Origin: Vicinamibacterales bacterium
GTDB lineage: Bacteria; Acidobacteriota; Vicinamibacteria; Vicinamibacterales; CAZQMT01
Length of the DNA: 64,000 nucleotides
Direction of reading: 5' to 3'
Assembly (NCBI GenBank): GCA_965197935.1
Contig: CBDAOD010000002.1
Coordinates: 1,809,185-1,873,184, forward strand
Within the stretch, counting starts at the first letter, position 1, and every line of letters starts with the position of its first letter. Positions 1-9,697 of the stretch are shown here, in pieces. The translations under genes and the position numbers were made by a program. The notes beneath the pieces were generated by a model. That model did no database searches. It was given only the letters and a program-made list of their open reading frames with translations, and had not been told where the DNA came from.

Positions 1-906
1 TACGAGATGGGTGTCGACCCGCGCCGGGTGATCAAGCTGTCGGGCATCGGGTGCTCGAGCAAGAGCCCGGCCTACTTCCTGGGTGGGGCGCACGGCTTCA
101 ACTCCGTCCACGGACGGATGCCGTCGGTGGGCACCGGGGCCATGCTGGCCAACAAGCAGCTCATCGCCATCGGCGTGAGCGGGGACGGGGACACCGGTGC
201 CATCGGGATTGGGCAGTTCGTTCACCTCATGCGCCGGAATCTGCCGATCATCTACATCATCGAGGACAACGGCTGCTACGGGCTGACCAAGGGGCAGTTC
301 TCTCCCACCGCGGACCTGGGCTCGAAGCTCAAGACGGGGGTCGTCAACGACCTTCCGCCGATCGATACGTGCGCCCTGGCGATCCAGCTGGGCGCGACCT
401 TCGTGGCGCGGTCGTTCTCGGGCGACAAGAAGCAGCTGATGGCGGTTCTGAAGGCCGCTATCGCGCATCGTGGGACGGTCATGCTCGACGTCCTGTCGCC
501 CTGTGTGACCTTCAACGATCACGTCGGGTCGACCAGGAGCTACGTGTACGTGAAGGGGCACGACGAGCCGGTCGATGAGGTCAGCTTCATCCCCTACTTC
601 GAGGACATCACGGTCGACTACGAGCCGGGCACGACGCAGGAGGTCGAGCTGCACGACGGCTCGAAGCTGTATCTGAAGAAGCTCGAGGAGGACTTCGACC
701 CGACCGACCGGCTTCAGGCGCTTCGGGTTCTCCACGAGACGCGCCGTCGCGGGGAGTTCGCCACCGGGGTCATCTACGTGGAGCCCGACCGGGACGACTT
801 CCTGGATTTGCTGAACATGGTCGATGAGCCCCTCTCGACCTTGCCCCTCGAGCGCGTCCGTCCGCCGAGGGCGGCGCTCGACGAGATCATCGAGAGCCTT
901 CGCTAG
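1..906 (+). CDS. korB: 2-oxoacid (2-oxoglutarate):ferredoxin oxidoreductase beta subunit, TPP-binding; 5' end lies outside the window
   Basis: Motifs GIGCSSKSP, GDGDTGAIGIGQ and IIYIIEDNGCYGLTKGQ are typical of KorB/OorB-type TPP subunits. The frame is open to base 1. Confidence 0.85.
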   Translation, partial: YEMGVDPRRVIKLSGIGCSSKSPAYFLGGAHGFNSVHGRMPSVGTGAMLANKQLIAIGVSGDGDTGAIGIGQFVHLMRRNLPIIYIIEDNGCYGLTKGQFSPTADLGSKLKTGVVNDLPPIDTCALAIQLGATFVARSFSGDKKQLMAVLKAAIAHRGTVMLDVLSPCVTFNDHVGSTRSYVYVKGHDEPVDEVSFIPYFEDITVDYEPGTTQEVELHDGSKLYLKKLEEDFDPTDRLQALRVLHETRRRGEFATGVIYVEPDRDDFLDLLNMVDEPLSTLPLERVRPPRAALDEIIESLR

Positions 907-974
907 TGGACTGATACAGTCCACTAGCCGCCCGCCGAGACTCACCACTGGGCGAGATCACGAACGCACACCCG

Positions 975-1391
975 ATGGAACGGACCCTGGCCATCATCAA
1001 ACCCGACGCGGTCGCGCGGCGTCTCGCCGGCCGGATCCTCCAGCGCGTCGAGGAGGCGGGATTTCGGATTCGCGCCATGCGCATGGTGCGTCTCTCGCCG
1101 GCGCAGGCCGAGGGGTTCTACGCCGTACACCGACAGAAGCCGTTTTTCGGGAGCCTGACGGCGTTCATGTCGTCGGGACCGGCGGTCGTGCTGGTTCTCG
1201 AGGCCGAGGATGCGATTCGCAAGTGGCGCGGCTTGATGGGGGAGACGGACCCGGCCAAGGCCGAGTCTGCGACCCTGCGAAAGGAGTTCGGCACCTCGAT
1301 CGAACACAACGCAACACACGGCTCGGACGCGGTCGGGAGTGCCGTCCAGGAGATCGGCTACTTCTTTCCTGGCGTCGACTTCGCCGAGTGA
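975..1391 (+). CDS. ndk: nucleoside diphosphate kinase
   Basis: 138 aa. Contains ERTLAIIKPDAV, GPAVVLVLEAEDAI and NATHGSDAVGSA (active-site His context). Confidence 0.95.
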   Translation: MERTLAIIKPDAVARRLAGRILQRVEEAGFRIRAMRMVRLSPAQAEGFYAVHRQKPFFGSLTAFMSSGPAVVLVLEAEDAIRKWRGLMGETDPAKAESATLRKEFGTSIEHNATHGSDAVGSAVQEIGYFFPGVDFAE

Positions 1392-1460
1392 GGCGAGCTC
1401 GCGACGGGCGGGGCGGACGACGGTCGACCCCGGACGGCGGCGGCGCGACGATCGTGCAAC

Positions 1461-1655
1461 ATGGGCAAGCTGCTGGTGCTGGCGGGGTTGGTCCTCGTCG
1501 CGATAGGGGGCCTCATCATGGTCGGCATCCCGTTCGGACGACTGCCCGGTGATTTCGTCATCCGCCGCGGCACCTTCTCGCTGTATCTCCCTCTTGGCAC
1601 GTCGGTCGTCCTCAGCGTCTTGGTGACGCTGGTGCTCGCCTTCCTCAGACGGTAG
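1461..1655 (+). CDS. small membrane protein, DUF2905-like
   Basis: 64 aa with two hydrophobic helices flanking the [12 protein letters not shown] motif I associate with DUF2905. Confidence 0.65.
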   Translation: MGKLLVLAGLVLVAIGGLIMVGIPFGRLPGDFVIRRGTFSLYLPLGTSVVLSVLVTLVLAFLRR

Positions 1656-1662
1656 AAACCGC

Positions 1663-2217
1663 ATGACCATCAAATCCGACGCGTGGATCAAGCGGATGGC
1701 GCTCGAGCGGGACATGATCGAGCCATTTGTCGAGGGGCAGGTCCGGGACGGCGTGGTCTCCTACGGTCTGTCGTCGTACGGCTACGATATCCGCGTCGCG
1801 GACGAGTTCAAGATCTTCACGAATATCAACACGACGCTCATCGATCCCAAGGCCTTCGACCCTCGATCGTTCGTGGATCTCAAGGCGCCGGTGTGCATCG
1901 TGCCCCCGAACTCGTTCGCGTTGGCCCGGACCGTGGAGTACTTCCGTATCCCGCGGGACGTCTTGACCGTGTGCCTCGGCAAGTCGACCTACGCCCGGTG
2001 CGGGATCATCGTGAACGTGACGCCGTTCGAACCCGAGTGGGAGGGTACGGCGACGCTGGAGATCTCGAACACGACGCCGCTGCCCGCCAAGATCTACGCG
2101 AACGAGGGCATTGCCCAGGTCCTGTTCTTCCAGGGCGACGAGCCGTGCATGACCTCCTACGCCGACAAACGGGGAAAGTACCAGGCGCAGCGGCAGGTGA
2201 CGCTGCCCAAGATCTGA
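1663..2217 (+). CDS. dcd: dCTP deaminase
   Basis: 184 aa. IEPF...[13 protein letters not shown] and the [12 protein letters not shown] signature. Starts 8 nt after the previous gene. Confidence 0.93.
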   Translation: MTIKSDAWIKRMALERDMIEPFVEGQVRDGVVSYGLSSYGYDIRVADEFKIFTNINTTLIDPKAFDPRSFVDLKAPVCIVPPNSFALARTVEYFRIPRDVLTVCLGKSTYARCGIIVNVTPFEPEWEGTATLEISNTTPLPAKIYANEGIAQVLFFQGDEPCMTSYADKRGKYQAQRQVTLPKI

Positions 2218-2335
2218 GCCTGTGGCGGCTGCTTGACCGAGTTTCGCGTTCGTAGGAAAATGCGCGTGGTACTAGGTCGTGGTGCCGGGAGATGGTATGT
2301 GAAATTCTTCACAAGCGGTGCGCCCACGCCCGGAT

Positions 2336-3235
2336 ATGAGTAGGCTCGTCGAGCGCCAAGCGGCGCCTCGCCCCGGATCCCTCAGCGGCGCACCCGCCCT
2401 GGCTGTCCAGTTCTTCCTGATTCCGCTCGCGGTCATCGCGACCCTCGCGGGGATCTACGCAGGCTTCAGGATGCTCGTCGCCGACCAGCGGTCGGCGCAG
2501 GACTACTTGAGCGACCTGCGGACGGGAGGACGCGAGCGCCAGTGGCCCGCCGCCTACGAGCTGTCGCGGTTGCTCGCCGATCCCGAGGTGGAGCAGCGCG
2601 AGCCGGGACTCGGTCCCGCGCTCGTCCAGGCGTTCGAGGAATCGGTTGGCGGTGACCCCCGGGTCCGCCGCTATCTCGCGATGGCGATCGGGCGTCTCGC
2701 GTCACCGCCGGCCGCGGCGGTGCCGGCGCTGCTCGAGGGTACCCGGGACGCCGACAGCGAGACCGTGATCAGCGCGGTCTGGGCGCTGGGATCGCTCGGG
2801 GCGCCGGCCGCGGTGCCCGCACTCGAGGAGCTGTACGGATCGTCCGACGCCGGCATTCGTAAGATGGTCGTCTACGCGCTGGGGGCGTTGCCGGGCGACC
2901 GGCAGGTGGGCACCCTGGGCGCCGCGCTCGGTGACCCGGTCGTGGACGTGCAATGGAACGCCGCGGTGGCGCTCGCACGGCACGGGGACGGGGGTGGAGT
3001 GCCGGTCCTGCGGCGGATGCTGGACCGAGAGTATGTCGAGGGCGCGGTGACCCGCACGCCCCGAGGAGATGCGGAGTCCGACCCGGTCGCCGACGTCATG
3101 ATCAGCGGCATCCAGGCGGTGATGACGCTCCGGGAGTCGTCCTTGCGGGAGCCGGTCGAGACGCTGAGCCTGGCGGATCGTAGCCTCCGGGTACGACAAG
3201 CGGCCCTCGAAGCCCTGAGAGAGATCGGAACCTGA
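2336..3235 (+). CDS. HEAT/PBS-lyase-like repeat protein with N-terminal TM segment
   Basis: Repeated R..A..ALG.LG...AVPAL units and one hydrophobic N-terminal helix. Start chosen at the internal ATG (the ORF track starts at 2318). Confidence 0.55.
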   Translation: MSRLVERQAAPRPGSLSGAPALAVQFFLIPLAVIATLAGIYAGFRMLVADQRSAQDYLSDLRTGGRERQWPAAYELSRLLADPEVEQREPGLGPALVQAFEESVGGDPRVRRYLAMAIGRLASPPAAAVPALLEGTRDADSETVISAVWALGSLGAPAAVPALEELYGSSDAGIRKMVVYALGALPGDRQVGTLGAALGDPVVDVQWNAAVALARHGDGGGVPVLRRMLDREYVEGAVTRTPRGDAESDPVADVMISGIQAVMTLRESSLREPVETLSLADRSLRVRQAALEALREIGT

Positions 3236-3319
3236 ACGCCGAAGTCGACCCTCGTGATGGGCCGCTGAGAGCGCGCGCTAGCGTGCGCCGCTCGGGCGGT
3301 CTGGACGGAGAGACGCATC

Positions 3320-4087
3320 GTGGCTGACGAACAGAAACCTCCCGCGCCCGGCCAGACGCCGGCCGCGCCCACACCCGAGGCGGCGAAGCCCGAGGTCGGC
3401 AAGGGCATGGCCTCGCCGACGGGGCAGGCGCCGGTGGCCGCTAAGCCTGCTGCGCCGGTGGCCAAGAAACGGCCGGCGCCGCCGCCGGCCGTGCCCCCCG
3501 CCAAGATTGCCGGCAAGACCACCACGGCGGCGGCAGCGTCCGTGCGGGCCGCCGCAGCCAAGAAGGGGGCCGTGCCCGACGACACGTCCCCGCTGGTCTC
3601 GCGTCGCGCCTGGATGGGCATGGCATGGGGCGCCTTCACGGCGGCCTCGGCGGCGGCGCTGGCGGCCACGGGTCGGTTCATGTTCCCGAACGTGCTCAAC
3701 GAGCCGCCGCAGCAGTTTGCGGCCGGCTTCCCGACGGAGTACGGGGTCGGCGTCGACGAGCGCTGGAAGGAGAAGTTCGGCGTCTGGCTCGTTCGGACTG
3801 ACAACGACGATGTGCACCAGGCGGCGGGCTTCTACGCGTTGCTCGTCACGTGCACGCACCTGGGCTGCACACCCAACTGGCTGTCGGCCGAGCTCAAGTT
3901 CAAGTGCCCCTGCCACGGCAGCGGGTTCAGGCCCACGGGGATCAACTTCGAGGGACCGGCGCCCCGGCCGCTCGAGCGCGCGCGGATCGTGCTCGCGGAA
4001 GACGGGCAGATCATGATCGACAAGGCGCGCAAGTTTCAGTTCGAACTCGGACAGTGGGCCGATCCCGAGGCGTTCTTGCAGGTATAG
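3320..4087 (+). CDS. Rieske 2Fe-2S subunit of a cytochrome bc-type complex
   Basis: CTHLGC...CPCHGSGF cluster-binding boxes. Ala/Pro-rich N-terminal region plus a TM helix. GTG start. Lies immediately upstream of cytochrome b. Confidence 0.85.
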   Translation: MADEQKPPAPGQTPAAPTPEAAKPEVGKGMASPTGQAPVAAKPAAPVAKKRPAPPPAVPPAKIAGKTTTAAAASVRAAAAKKGAVPDDTSPLVSRRAWMGMAWGAFTAASAAALAATGRFMFPNVLNEPPQQFAAGFPTEYGVGVDERWKEKFGVWLVRTDNDDVHQAAGFYALLVTCTHLGCTPNWLSAELKFKCPCHGSGFRPTGINFEGPAPRPLERARIVLAEDGQIMIDKARKFQFELGQWADPEAFLQV

Positions 4088-4215
4088 CAGCGCGCGGTGA
4101 AGGGCCTGCATCGTCGCAGGCTCACGGTGCGAGAGCCGCGGTTGGCTTGAGCAGGGAGTAAGGAGCGAGGATCGGCCGGCTCGAAATCCGAGACGACGCC
4201 ACTGACGGTTGGACT

Positions 4216-5031
4216 ATGGCTACCACCAAGACGATCGCACCGAAAGAAGGCGCGCTCACCCGCGCATGGAACTGGCTCACCGAAACGCAGATTTGGACGT
4301 CGGTCTTCCGGCACAGCGCCCCGATCAACGATCGGAATCGCGTCCTGGTCATGCTGTCCAACGTCTTCCTGCACATGCACCCGGTGCGCATACGCAAGTC
4401 GGGCGTGAAGCTGCGCTACACCTGGTGCATGGGCGGGCTGAGCTTCTTCCTGTTTCTGTCGCTGACCCTGACCGGTCTCCTGCTGATGTTCTACTACCGG
4501 CCGACGCTCGAGTATGCCTATTCGGACATCGTCGGCCTGCGCGAGCACGTGCCCCTCGGCATCATGCGGGAGATGCATCGGTGGGGCGCGCATGCGATGG
4601 TCATCACGGTGTGGCTTCACATGTTCAGGGTCTTCATGACCGGCTCGTATAAACCACCGCGCGAGTTCAACTGGAACGTCGGGGTCATCATGCTCGTGCT
4701 GACCCTGCTGCTGTCGTTCACCGGCTATCTGCTGCCGTGGGACCAGCTCGCCATCTGGGCCATCACCGTTGGATCGAACATGGCGCGGGCCACGCCCTTC
4801 CTCGGCCACGAGGGGCCGGGTGCGGCGCTGCTGGCGCTGGGTGACGTGAAGCTGATTCACGCGGGCGACGACGCGCGGTTCGCGCTACTGGGCGGCACCT
4901 TCGTCGGCGAGGGTGCGCTGCTGCGCTTCTACGTGCTGCACTGCGTGGCCCTGCCGTTGGTCATCGGCTTCCTGATGGCCATCCATTTCTGGCGAGTGCG
5001 CAAGGACGGCGGGATCTCGGGACCGCTGTAG
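4216..5031 (+). CDS. cytochrome b, N-terminal (b6-like) subunit
   Basis: 271-aa polytopic protein with conserved His-bearing helices ([24 protein letters not shown]). Split-b arrangement with the next gene. Confidence 0.85.
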   Translation: MATTKTIAPKEGALTRAWNWLTETQIWTSVFRHSAPINDRNRVLVMLSNVFLHMHPVRIRKSGVKLRYTWCMGGLSFFLFLSLTLTGLLLMFYYRPTLEYAYSDIVGLREHVPLGIMREMHRWGAHAMVITVWLHMFRVFMTGSYKPPREFNWNVGVIMLVLTLLLSFTGYLLPWDQLAIWAITVGSNMARATPFLGHEGPGAALLALGDVKLIHAGDDARFALLGGTFVGEGALLRFYVLHCVALPLVIGFLMAIHFWRVRKDGGISGPL

Positions 5032-5038
5032 GGGCTAG

Positions 5039-6115
5039 ATGGAACTGATTAAGGATTTCTTCAATCTCGTTGCCGATCCGCGCATCTTCTTCCTCCTGAC
5101 CGTGTCGTTGCTCGCGGTCATCGTCTGGAAGCGCGAGCTCGTCGCTTCGAACGCAGTCGGCTACGGGGGGCTCGCCCTGCTGACCGTGTTCTTTCTCCTC
5201 GGCTCGTTCGACGCGAATTTTCGTCTCATCGTCGCCAAGCCGGACAACGTGCCCATCGTGGGCCTGATCTTCTTGCTGGTCTTCTTTACCTGGTACTCGC
5301 TCCGCGAGGCGGTACGCAACGACCGGCGGCTGGCGGCGGGGAAGCCACCGATCGAGAAGGAGGAAGAGAATCGGGTGTGGGTATGGCCCGATCTGGTCTA
5401 CACGGAGCTCATCGCTCTCATCCTCTGCTCGGTCGTTCTCATTGTCTGGTCCATCGTGCTCGAGGCGCCGCTCGAGCAGCCCGCCAACCGGTCGGTGACA
5501 CCGAATCCCTCCAAGGCGCCGTGGTACTTCCTCGGGCTCCAAGAGATGCTGGTCTACTTCGATCCCTGGCTGGCGGGCGTCGTGCTCCCCGGGCTGATCA
5601 TCGTGGGGCTGATGGCCATCCCCTACATCGACACCAACCCGAAGGGGAACGGGTATTACACCTTCAACGAACGCAAGGTCGAGGTCACGCTCTTCCTGTT
5701 CGGGTTCGTGGTCCTCTGGGCGTCGCTCATCGTGCTCGGGACGTTCCTCCGGGGGCCGAACTGGAACTTCTTCGGTCCCTTCGAGTACTGGGACATCCAC
5801 AAGCTCGAGGCGCTGACCAACGTGAATCTCTCCGAGTACGTCTGGGTGCGGGCCTTCGACACCGGGCTCCCGAGCAACTGGTTCGTCAGGGAGATCTTCG
5901 GCATCATCGTCACGATCGGCTACATCGGGGTGCTGCCCGTGATCCTGGCGCGCTGGGGGCTCTCGTTCTACGTCCGGAAGCTGGGGCTGGCCCGATACTA
6001 CGTGACCGTGGTGCTGTTTCTGATGATGTTGTCGCTGCCAGTCAAGATGCTGCTGCGATGGATTTTCAACCTGAAGTACATCGTCGCGATTCCCGAGTTC
6101 TTCTTCAATATCTGA
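5039..6115 (+). CDS. cytochrome b C-terminal domain / subunit IV-like membrane protein, extended
   Basis: PEWY-type motif variant KAPWYFLGLQEML. Multi-TM. Starts 7 nt after cytochrome b. Confidence 0.75.
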   Translation: MELIKDFFNLVADPRIFFLLTVSLLAVIVWKRELVASNAVGYGGLALLTVFFLLGSFDANFRLIVAKPDNVPIVGLIFLLVFFTWYSLREAVRNDRRLAAGKPPIEKEEENRVWVWPDLVYTELIALILCSVVLIVWSIVLEAPLEQPANRSVTPNPSKAPWYFLGLQEMLVYFDPWLAGVVLPGLIIVGLMAIPYIDTNPKGNGYYTFNERKVEVTLFLFGFVVLWASLIVLGTFLRGPNWNFFGPFEYWDIHKLEALTNVNLSEYVWVRAFDTGLPSNWFVREIFGIIVTIGYIGVLPVILARWGLSFYVRKLGLARYYVTVVLFLMMLSLPVKMLLRWIFNLKYIVAIPEFFFNI

Positions 6116-6184
6116 CCTGGGTGCCGCGCCAGTGGGCGGCCGACCCTAACGATCCTGTGACTCTGAATCACTCGACATCTTGCC

Positions 6185-9064
6185 ATGGCTGACAAGAAGT
6201 CCGTGGGCCACGCCTACAACGTCGATTTTCTCAACGTGGTCTTCGCTGCGTCGAGCATCTTTCTCTTCGTCTGCACGATCTGGATGGTGTGGGACGACTT
6301 CGACCGCGAGTGGAAGAACTTCCAGCGACGCTTCGTCCAGCTCGAGGCGGAGGTGACGCGCGCGAGTCTCGCGCAGGCGGAGGCCGACGTCGACCAGGGG
6401 CGCCTGCAGGCGCTGGAGGCCGACCTGGCCGCGGCCCAGGGGGAGATCGTCGCGAGCCAGGAACGCGTGTCGGAGCTCGAGGCCCAGCTCGCCGACGTGA
6501 ACAACGACCTGTACCGGGTCAACCAGGACTACCAGTTCGCGAAGGCGACCTACGACGTCGACCGCTACGACTACGAGGTCCGCAAGAACGAGGACGACTC
6601 GGTGGAGACGCGCGAGGGCCCGGAGATCGCCCAGGCCTTCGCCGAGGTGACGCAGCTCAACCTGGAGGTGGAGCGGGTGACGGCCGACCGCGGTCGCCTC
6701 CGGGCGGAGCTCGGCACGCTGACCGGGCGCGTCGGTGAGATCGAGACCGAGCTGCGGACGCTGAACAGCGAGAAGATCCGGCTCGAGGACCGAATCGTGG
6801 CGCTGGAACCCAGCCTGGTCAACGACCTGGTCCTGAACGCCCCGCTGCTGGATTTCATGGCACCGACGATCCGGGTTCAGCAGATCATCACGCCCAACAT
6901 CGTCGACGACGTCAACTTCACGCGCGTGCTCAAGATGGACCGGTGCACGACCTGCCACCTGTCCATCGACCGGGAAGGATACGAGGAGTATCCGCAGCCG
7001 TTCACGACACATCCGAATCTGGATGTGTATCTCGGTAGCGCGTCGCCACATCCCATGGACCAGGTCGGCTGCACCGTCTGCCACGAGGGCATGGGGCAGT
7101 CGGTGACCTTCCGGGACGCGTCTCATACTCCGCCCGACTCGCACTGGGCGCACGACGGCGAGGAGACGGCGCGATGGGAGGAGGAGCACGGCTGGGCGGA
7201 ACCCCACCTGTGGGACTACCCCATGCTGCCGACCCAGATGACCGAGGCGTCGTGCGCGAAGTGTCACGACGCCCAGGCGCACGTGCCGGAGGCCGGTACG
7301 CTGAACCTGGCCAACGGTCTCTACGAGCGGGCGGGCTGCTACGCCTGCCACAAGAGCGAAGGGTTCGAGGGGCTCCGCAAGCCCGGTCCTGACCTCACCA
7401 GAATCGATTCCAAGCTCACCCGAGACTGGGTCGCCAACTGGATCCGTGAGCCGCGCGCGATCAAGTCGAGCACGTGGATGCCGCGGGTCTGGTACAACGG
7501 GAACAGCTCCGCGCCCGAGGACGCGCCGCGCAACGAGGCGGAGATCGACGCGACGGTCGCCTACCTGTTCGCCAATAGCATGCCGCACGAGTTGGAGGTG
7601 GCATCGCCGCCCGCCGGCGACGCCGCGCGCGGTGAGGCGTTGGTCGCGGCGGTCGGCTGTCTCGCGTGCCACGTCACGGACGAGACGAGCCGCCTCGAAG
7701 CCGGCCCGCGGCGCACCTTCGGGCAGCCGCTCCAGAGCGTCGGCAGCAAGACCACCTACGAGTGGCTCTACAACTGGGTACGCAACCCGGTTCACTACTC
7801 CGCGGACACCTACATGCCCGACATGCGGCTGACCGATGACGAAGCCGCCGATGTCGCCGCCTATCTGTCGTCGATGACCGGGTCGGGCGGAGAGGACGCG
7901 CGGGCGACCTACGACGAGTCGGTCATCGACGACGCCCTGCTCGACTACCTCAAGACCGTCATGTCCACGGAGGAGGCCACCGGCACGATCGGCGGGATGG
8001 ACCGCGAGGCCAAGATGCTCGATCTGGGCCAGCGTGCGATCGCGCGCTACGGGTGCTACAGCTGCCACGAGATCGAGGGCTTCGAGGACGTTCAGCCGAT
8101 CGGGATCGAGCTCTCCGAGGAGGGCAGCAAGCTGGTCACGCAGCTCGACTTCCAGTTCGTCCATATCCCGCACACGAAGACGGCCTGGTTCCGTCAGAAG
8201 ATGCTCGAGCCCCGGAGCTTCGACCAGAACCGCGTGCTCGTGCCGATGGACAGGCTGCGGATGCCGAACTACGGCCTGTCCGAAGAGGAGGCGGAGCTGT
8301 TCGTCACCGCGATCATGAGTTTCCAGCGCGAGGTCCAGCCCGCGGAGGCGATGCCCGCCGGGTCGGCTCGGCTCGACGCGCTGGTGGCGGGTCGCAACCT
8401 GACCCGGCGACGGAACTGCGTGGCGTGCCATGAGATCGAGGGGGACGGGGGCGACTACAAGACCCTGCTCGAGGATGCCTCGCTCGCGCCGCCGCTGCTC
8501 ACGCCGCAGGGCGCGAAGGTCCAGCCAGACTGGATGTACGCCTTCTTCCACAACGTGATTCCGATCCGGCCCTGGCTCGACGTGCGGATGCCCTCCTTCC
8601 CGCTGGATGACGCGGACTGGAACGAGGCGATCCGCTATTTCCAGGCCATGTCGGATGTGGTCGGACCGTTCAGGACGCAGCAACGATTCACGGCGGCCGA
8701 CGCGCGCGGCGGCGAGGAGCTCTTCGAGCTGCTACAGTGCCAGCGGTGTCACGTCCTCGATACGATCCCCGAGGGCCAGCCCACCGAGAACCTGGCGCCC
8801 GACCTCAGGATGACGCCCGAGCGACTGCAACCCGACTGGCTGTTGACGTGGCTGGTGTCGCCCCTGGCGATCCAGCCGGGCACGCGGATGCCGGCGTACT
8901 GGCCCGATTTCCCCGAGACCTTCTATGAGCAGCTCGACGGTGACGCGGAGGCGCAGATTCGGGCCATCCGTAACCATCTGATGACCTTCCGGGGAGCGCC
9001 CAGTCCGATGGAGGGCACGCGGACGGGGACCTATCTGGCCCCGACCACGTCGGCGAACGAGTAG
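6185..9064 (+). CDS. membrane-anchored multihaem cytochrome c (8 CxxCH) with long N-terminal coiled coil
   Basis: Eight CxxCH motifs read directly: CTTCH, CTVCH, CAKCH, CYACH, CLACH, CYSCH, CVACH, CQRCH. Five are followed by distal MP (Met-ligand-like) motifs. N-terminal TM helix, then about 200 aa of heptad-like Glu/Leu/Arg-rich sequence. Confidence 0.85.
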   Translation: MADKKSVGHAYNVDFLNVVFAASSIFLFVCTIWMVWDDFDREWKNFQRRFVQLEAEVTRASLAQAEADVDQGRLQALEADLAAAQGEIVASQERVSELEAQLADVNNDLYRVNQDYQFAKATYDVDRYDYEVRKNEDDSVETREGPEIAQAFAEVTQLNLEVERVTADRGRLRAELGTLTGRVGEIETELRTLNSEKIRLEDRIVALEPSLVNDLVLNAPLLDFMAPTIRVQQIITPNIVDDVNFTRVLKMDRCTTCHLSIDREGYEEYPQPFTTHPNLDVYLGSASPHPMDQVGCTVCHEGMGQSVTFRDASHTPPDSHWAHDGEETARWEEEHGWAEPHLWDYPMLPTQMTEASCAKCHDAQAHVPEAGTLNLANGLYERAGCYACHKSEGFEGLRKPGPDLTRIDSKLTRDWVANWIREPRAIKSSTWMPRVWYNGNSSAPEDAPRNEAEIDATVAYLFANSMPHELEVASPPAGDAARGEALVAAVGCLACHVTDETSRLEAGPRRTFGQPLQSVGSKTTYEWLYNWVRNPVHYSADTYMPDMRLTDDEAADVAAYLSSMTGSGGEDARATYDESVIDDALLDYLKTVMSTEEATGTIGGMDREAKMLDLGQRAIARYGCYSCHEIEGFEDVQPIGIELSEEGSKLVTQLDFQFVHIPHTKTAWFRQKMLEPRSFDQNRVLVPMDRLRMPNYGLSEEEAELFVTAIMSFQREVQPAEAMPAGSARLDALVAGRNLTRRRNCVACHEIEGDGGDYKTLLEDASLAPPLLTPQGAKVQPDWMYAFFHNVIPIRPWLDVRMPSFPLDDADWNEAIRYFQAMSDVVGPFRTQQRFTAADARGGEELFELLQCQRCHVLDTIPEGQPTENLAPDLRMTPERLQPDWLLTWLVSPLAIQPGTRMPAYWPDFPETFYEQLDGDAEAQIRAIRNHLMTFRGAPSPMEGTRTGTYLAPTTSANE

Positions 9065-9072
9065 CCGCCCGG

Positions 9073-9092
9073 CGTGAACGTCCGGGTTCACG
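9073..9092. terminator. possible bidirectional hairpin between convergent genes
   Basis: CGTGAAC-gtccgg-GTTCACG, a 7-bp stem between the cytochrome c stop (9064) and the pncA stop (9093). No U-tract. Confidence 0.3.
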
Positions 9093-9686
9093 TCACGCGA
9101 GCGCGGTCGACGGTACGACCCGCGCGCCCGCCTTTCTCATCTCCGACCACGCTCGCTCCGCATCGCCCGGAGCGAGCTCGACCGCCCGCACGGCATCGGC
9201 CACGACCGTCACGTGCAGGCCCAGCCGCCGCGCGTCGAGCACCGAGTGCCGCACGCAGTAGTCCGTGGCGAGCCCACCGACGTAGACGTGCTCGATGCCG
9301 CGCCCCTCGAGGTCCTCGACCAGCGTGCGGCCGTCCGGGGTTCTCCCGTCGAAGGCCGAGTAGCCGTCGGCGTCCCTCTGGTCCCCCTTGGTGATGACGA
9401 TCGTGTCGGCGGGCAGCTCGAGCCGCGGGTGGAATTCGGCGCCTGTGGTTCCGGCCACGCAATGCGGGGGCCACGCACCGCCGTGGGTCCGAAAGTGCGT
9501 CGTCACGGCCGGGTGCCAGTCACGCGAGGCATAGACCGCCGAGCCATCCCCCGCCCCGAACGACGCGAGCATCTCGTTCAGGACCGGCACGACGCGGTCA
9601 CCCTCCGGGACTGCCAGCGCGCCGCCCGCGCAGAAGTCTCGTTGGACGTCGACGACGAGCAAGGCCGATCCGGGTTGCAGTACCAT
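9093..9686 (-). CDS. pncA: nicotinamidase / isochorismatase-family hydrolase
   Basis: ALLVVDVQRDF, a conserved Lys (TKGD) and the Cys context GLATDYCV. Divergent from pncB. Confidence 0.8.
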   Translation of the reverse strand: MVLQPGSALLVVDVQRDFCAGGALAVPEGDRVVPVLNEMLASFGAGDGSAVYASRDWHPAVTTHFRTHGGAWPPHCVAGTTGAEFHPRLELPADTIVITKGDQRDADGYSAFDGRTPDGRTLVEDLEGRGIEHVYVGGLATDYCVRHSVLDARRLGLHVTVVADAVRAVELAPGDAERAWSEMRKAGARVVPSTALA

Positions 9687-9697
9687 ACCGTCCGAGC

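Noticed and set aside
2218-2335. Intergenic region after dcd as a riboswitch or ncRNA
   Set aside because: It is short and AT-richer, as expected for a promoter region. No recognisable conserved riboswitch core or stable extended pairing was found.
6146-8683. 845-aa ORF on the minus strand, opposite the multihaem cytochrome c
   Set aside because: Arg/Gly/Pro/Asp-rich low-complexity translation with no motifs. It is a typical antisense shadow ORF of a high-GC gene whose sense strand has clear CxxCH domains. The same reasoning applies to 17635-20457, 20704-22323, 23846-25573, 36034-37203, 46062-48212 and 55508-57277 (all minus strand).
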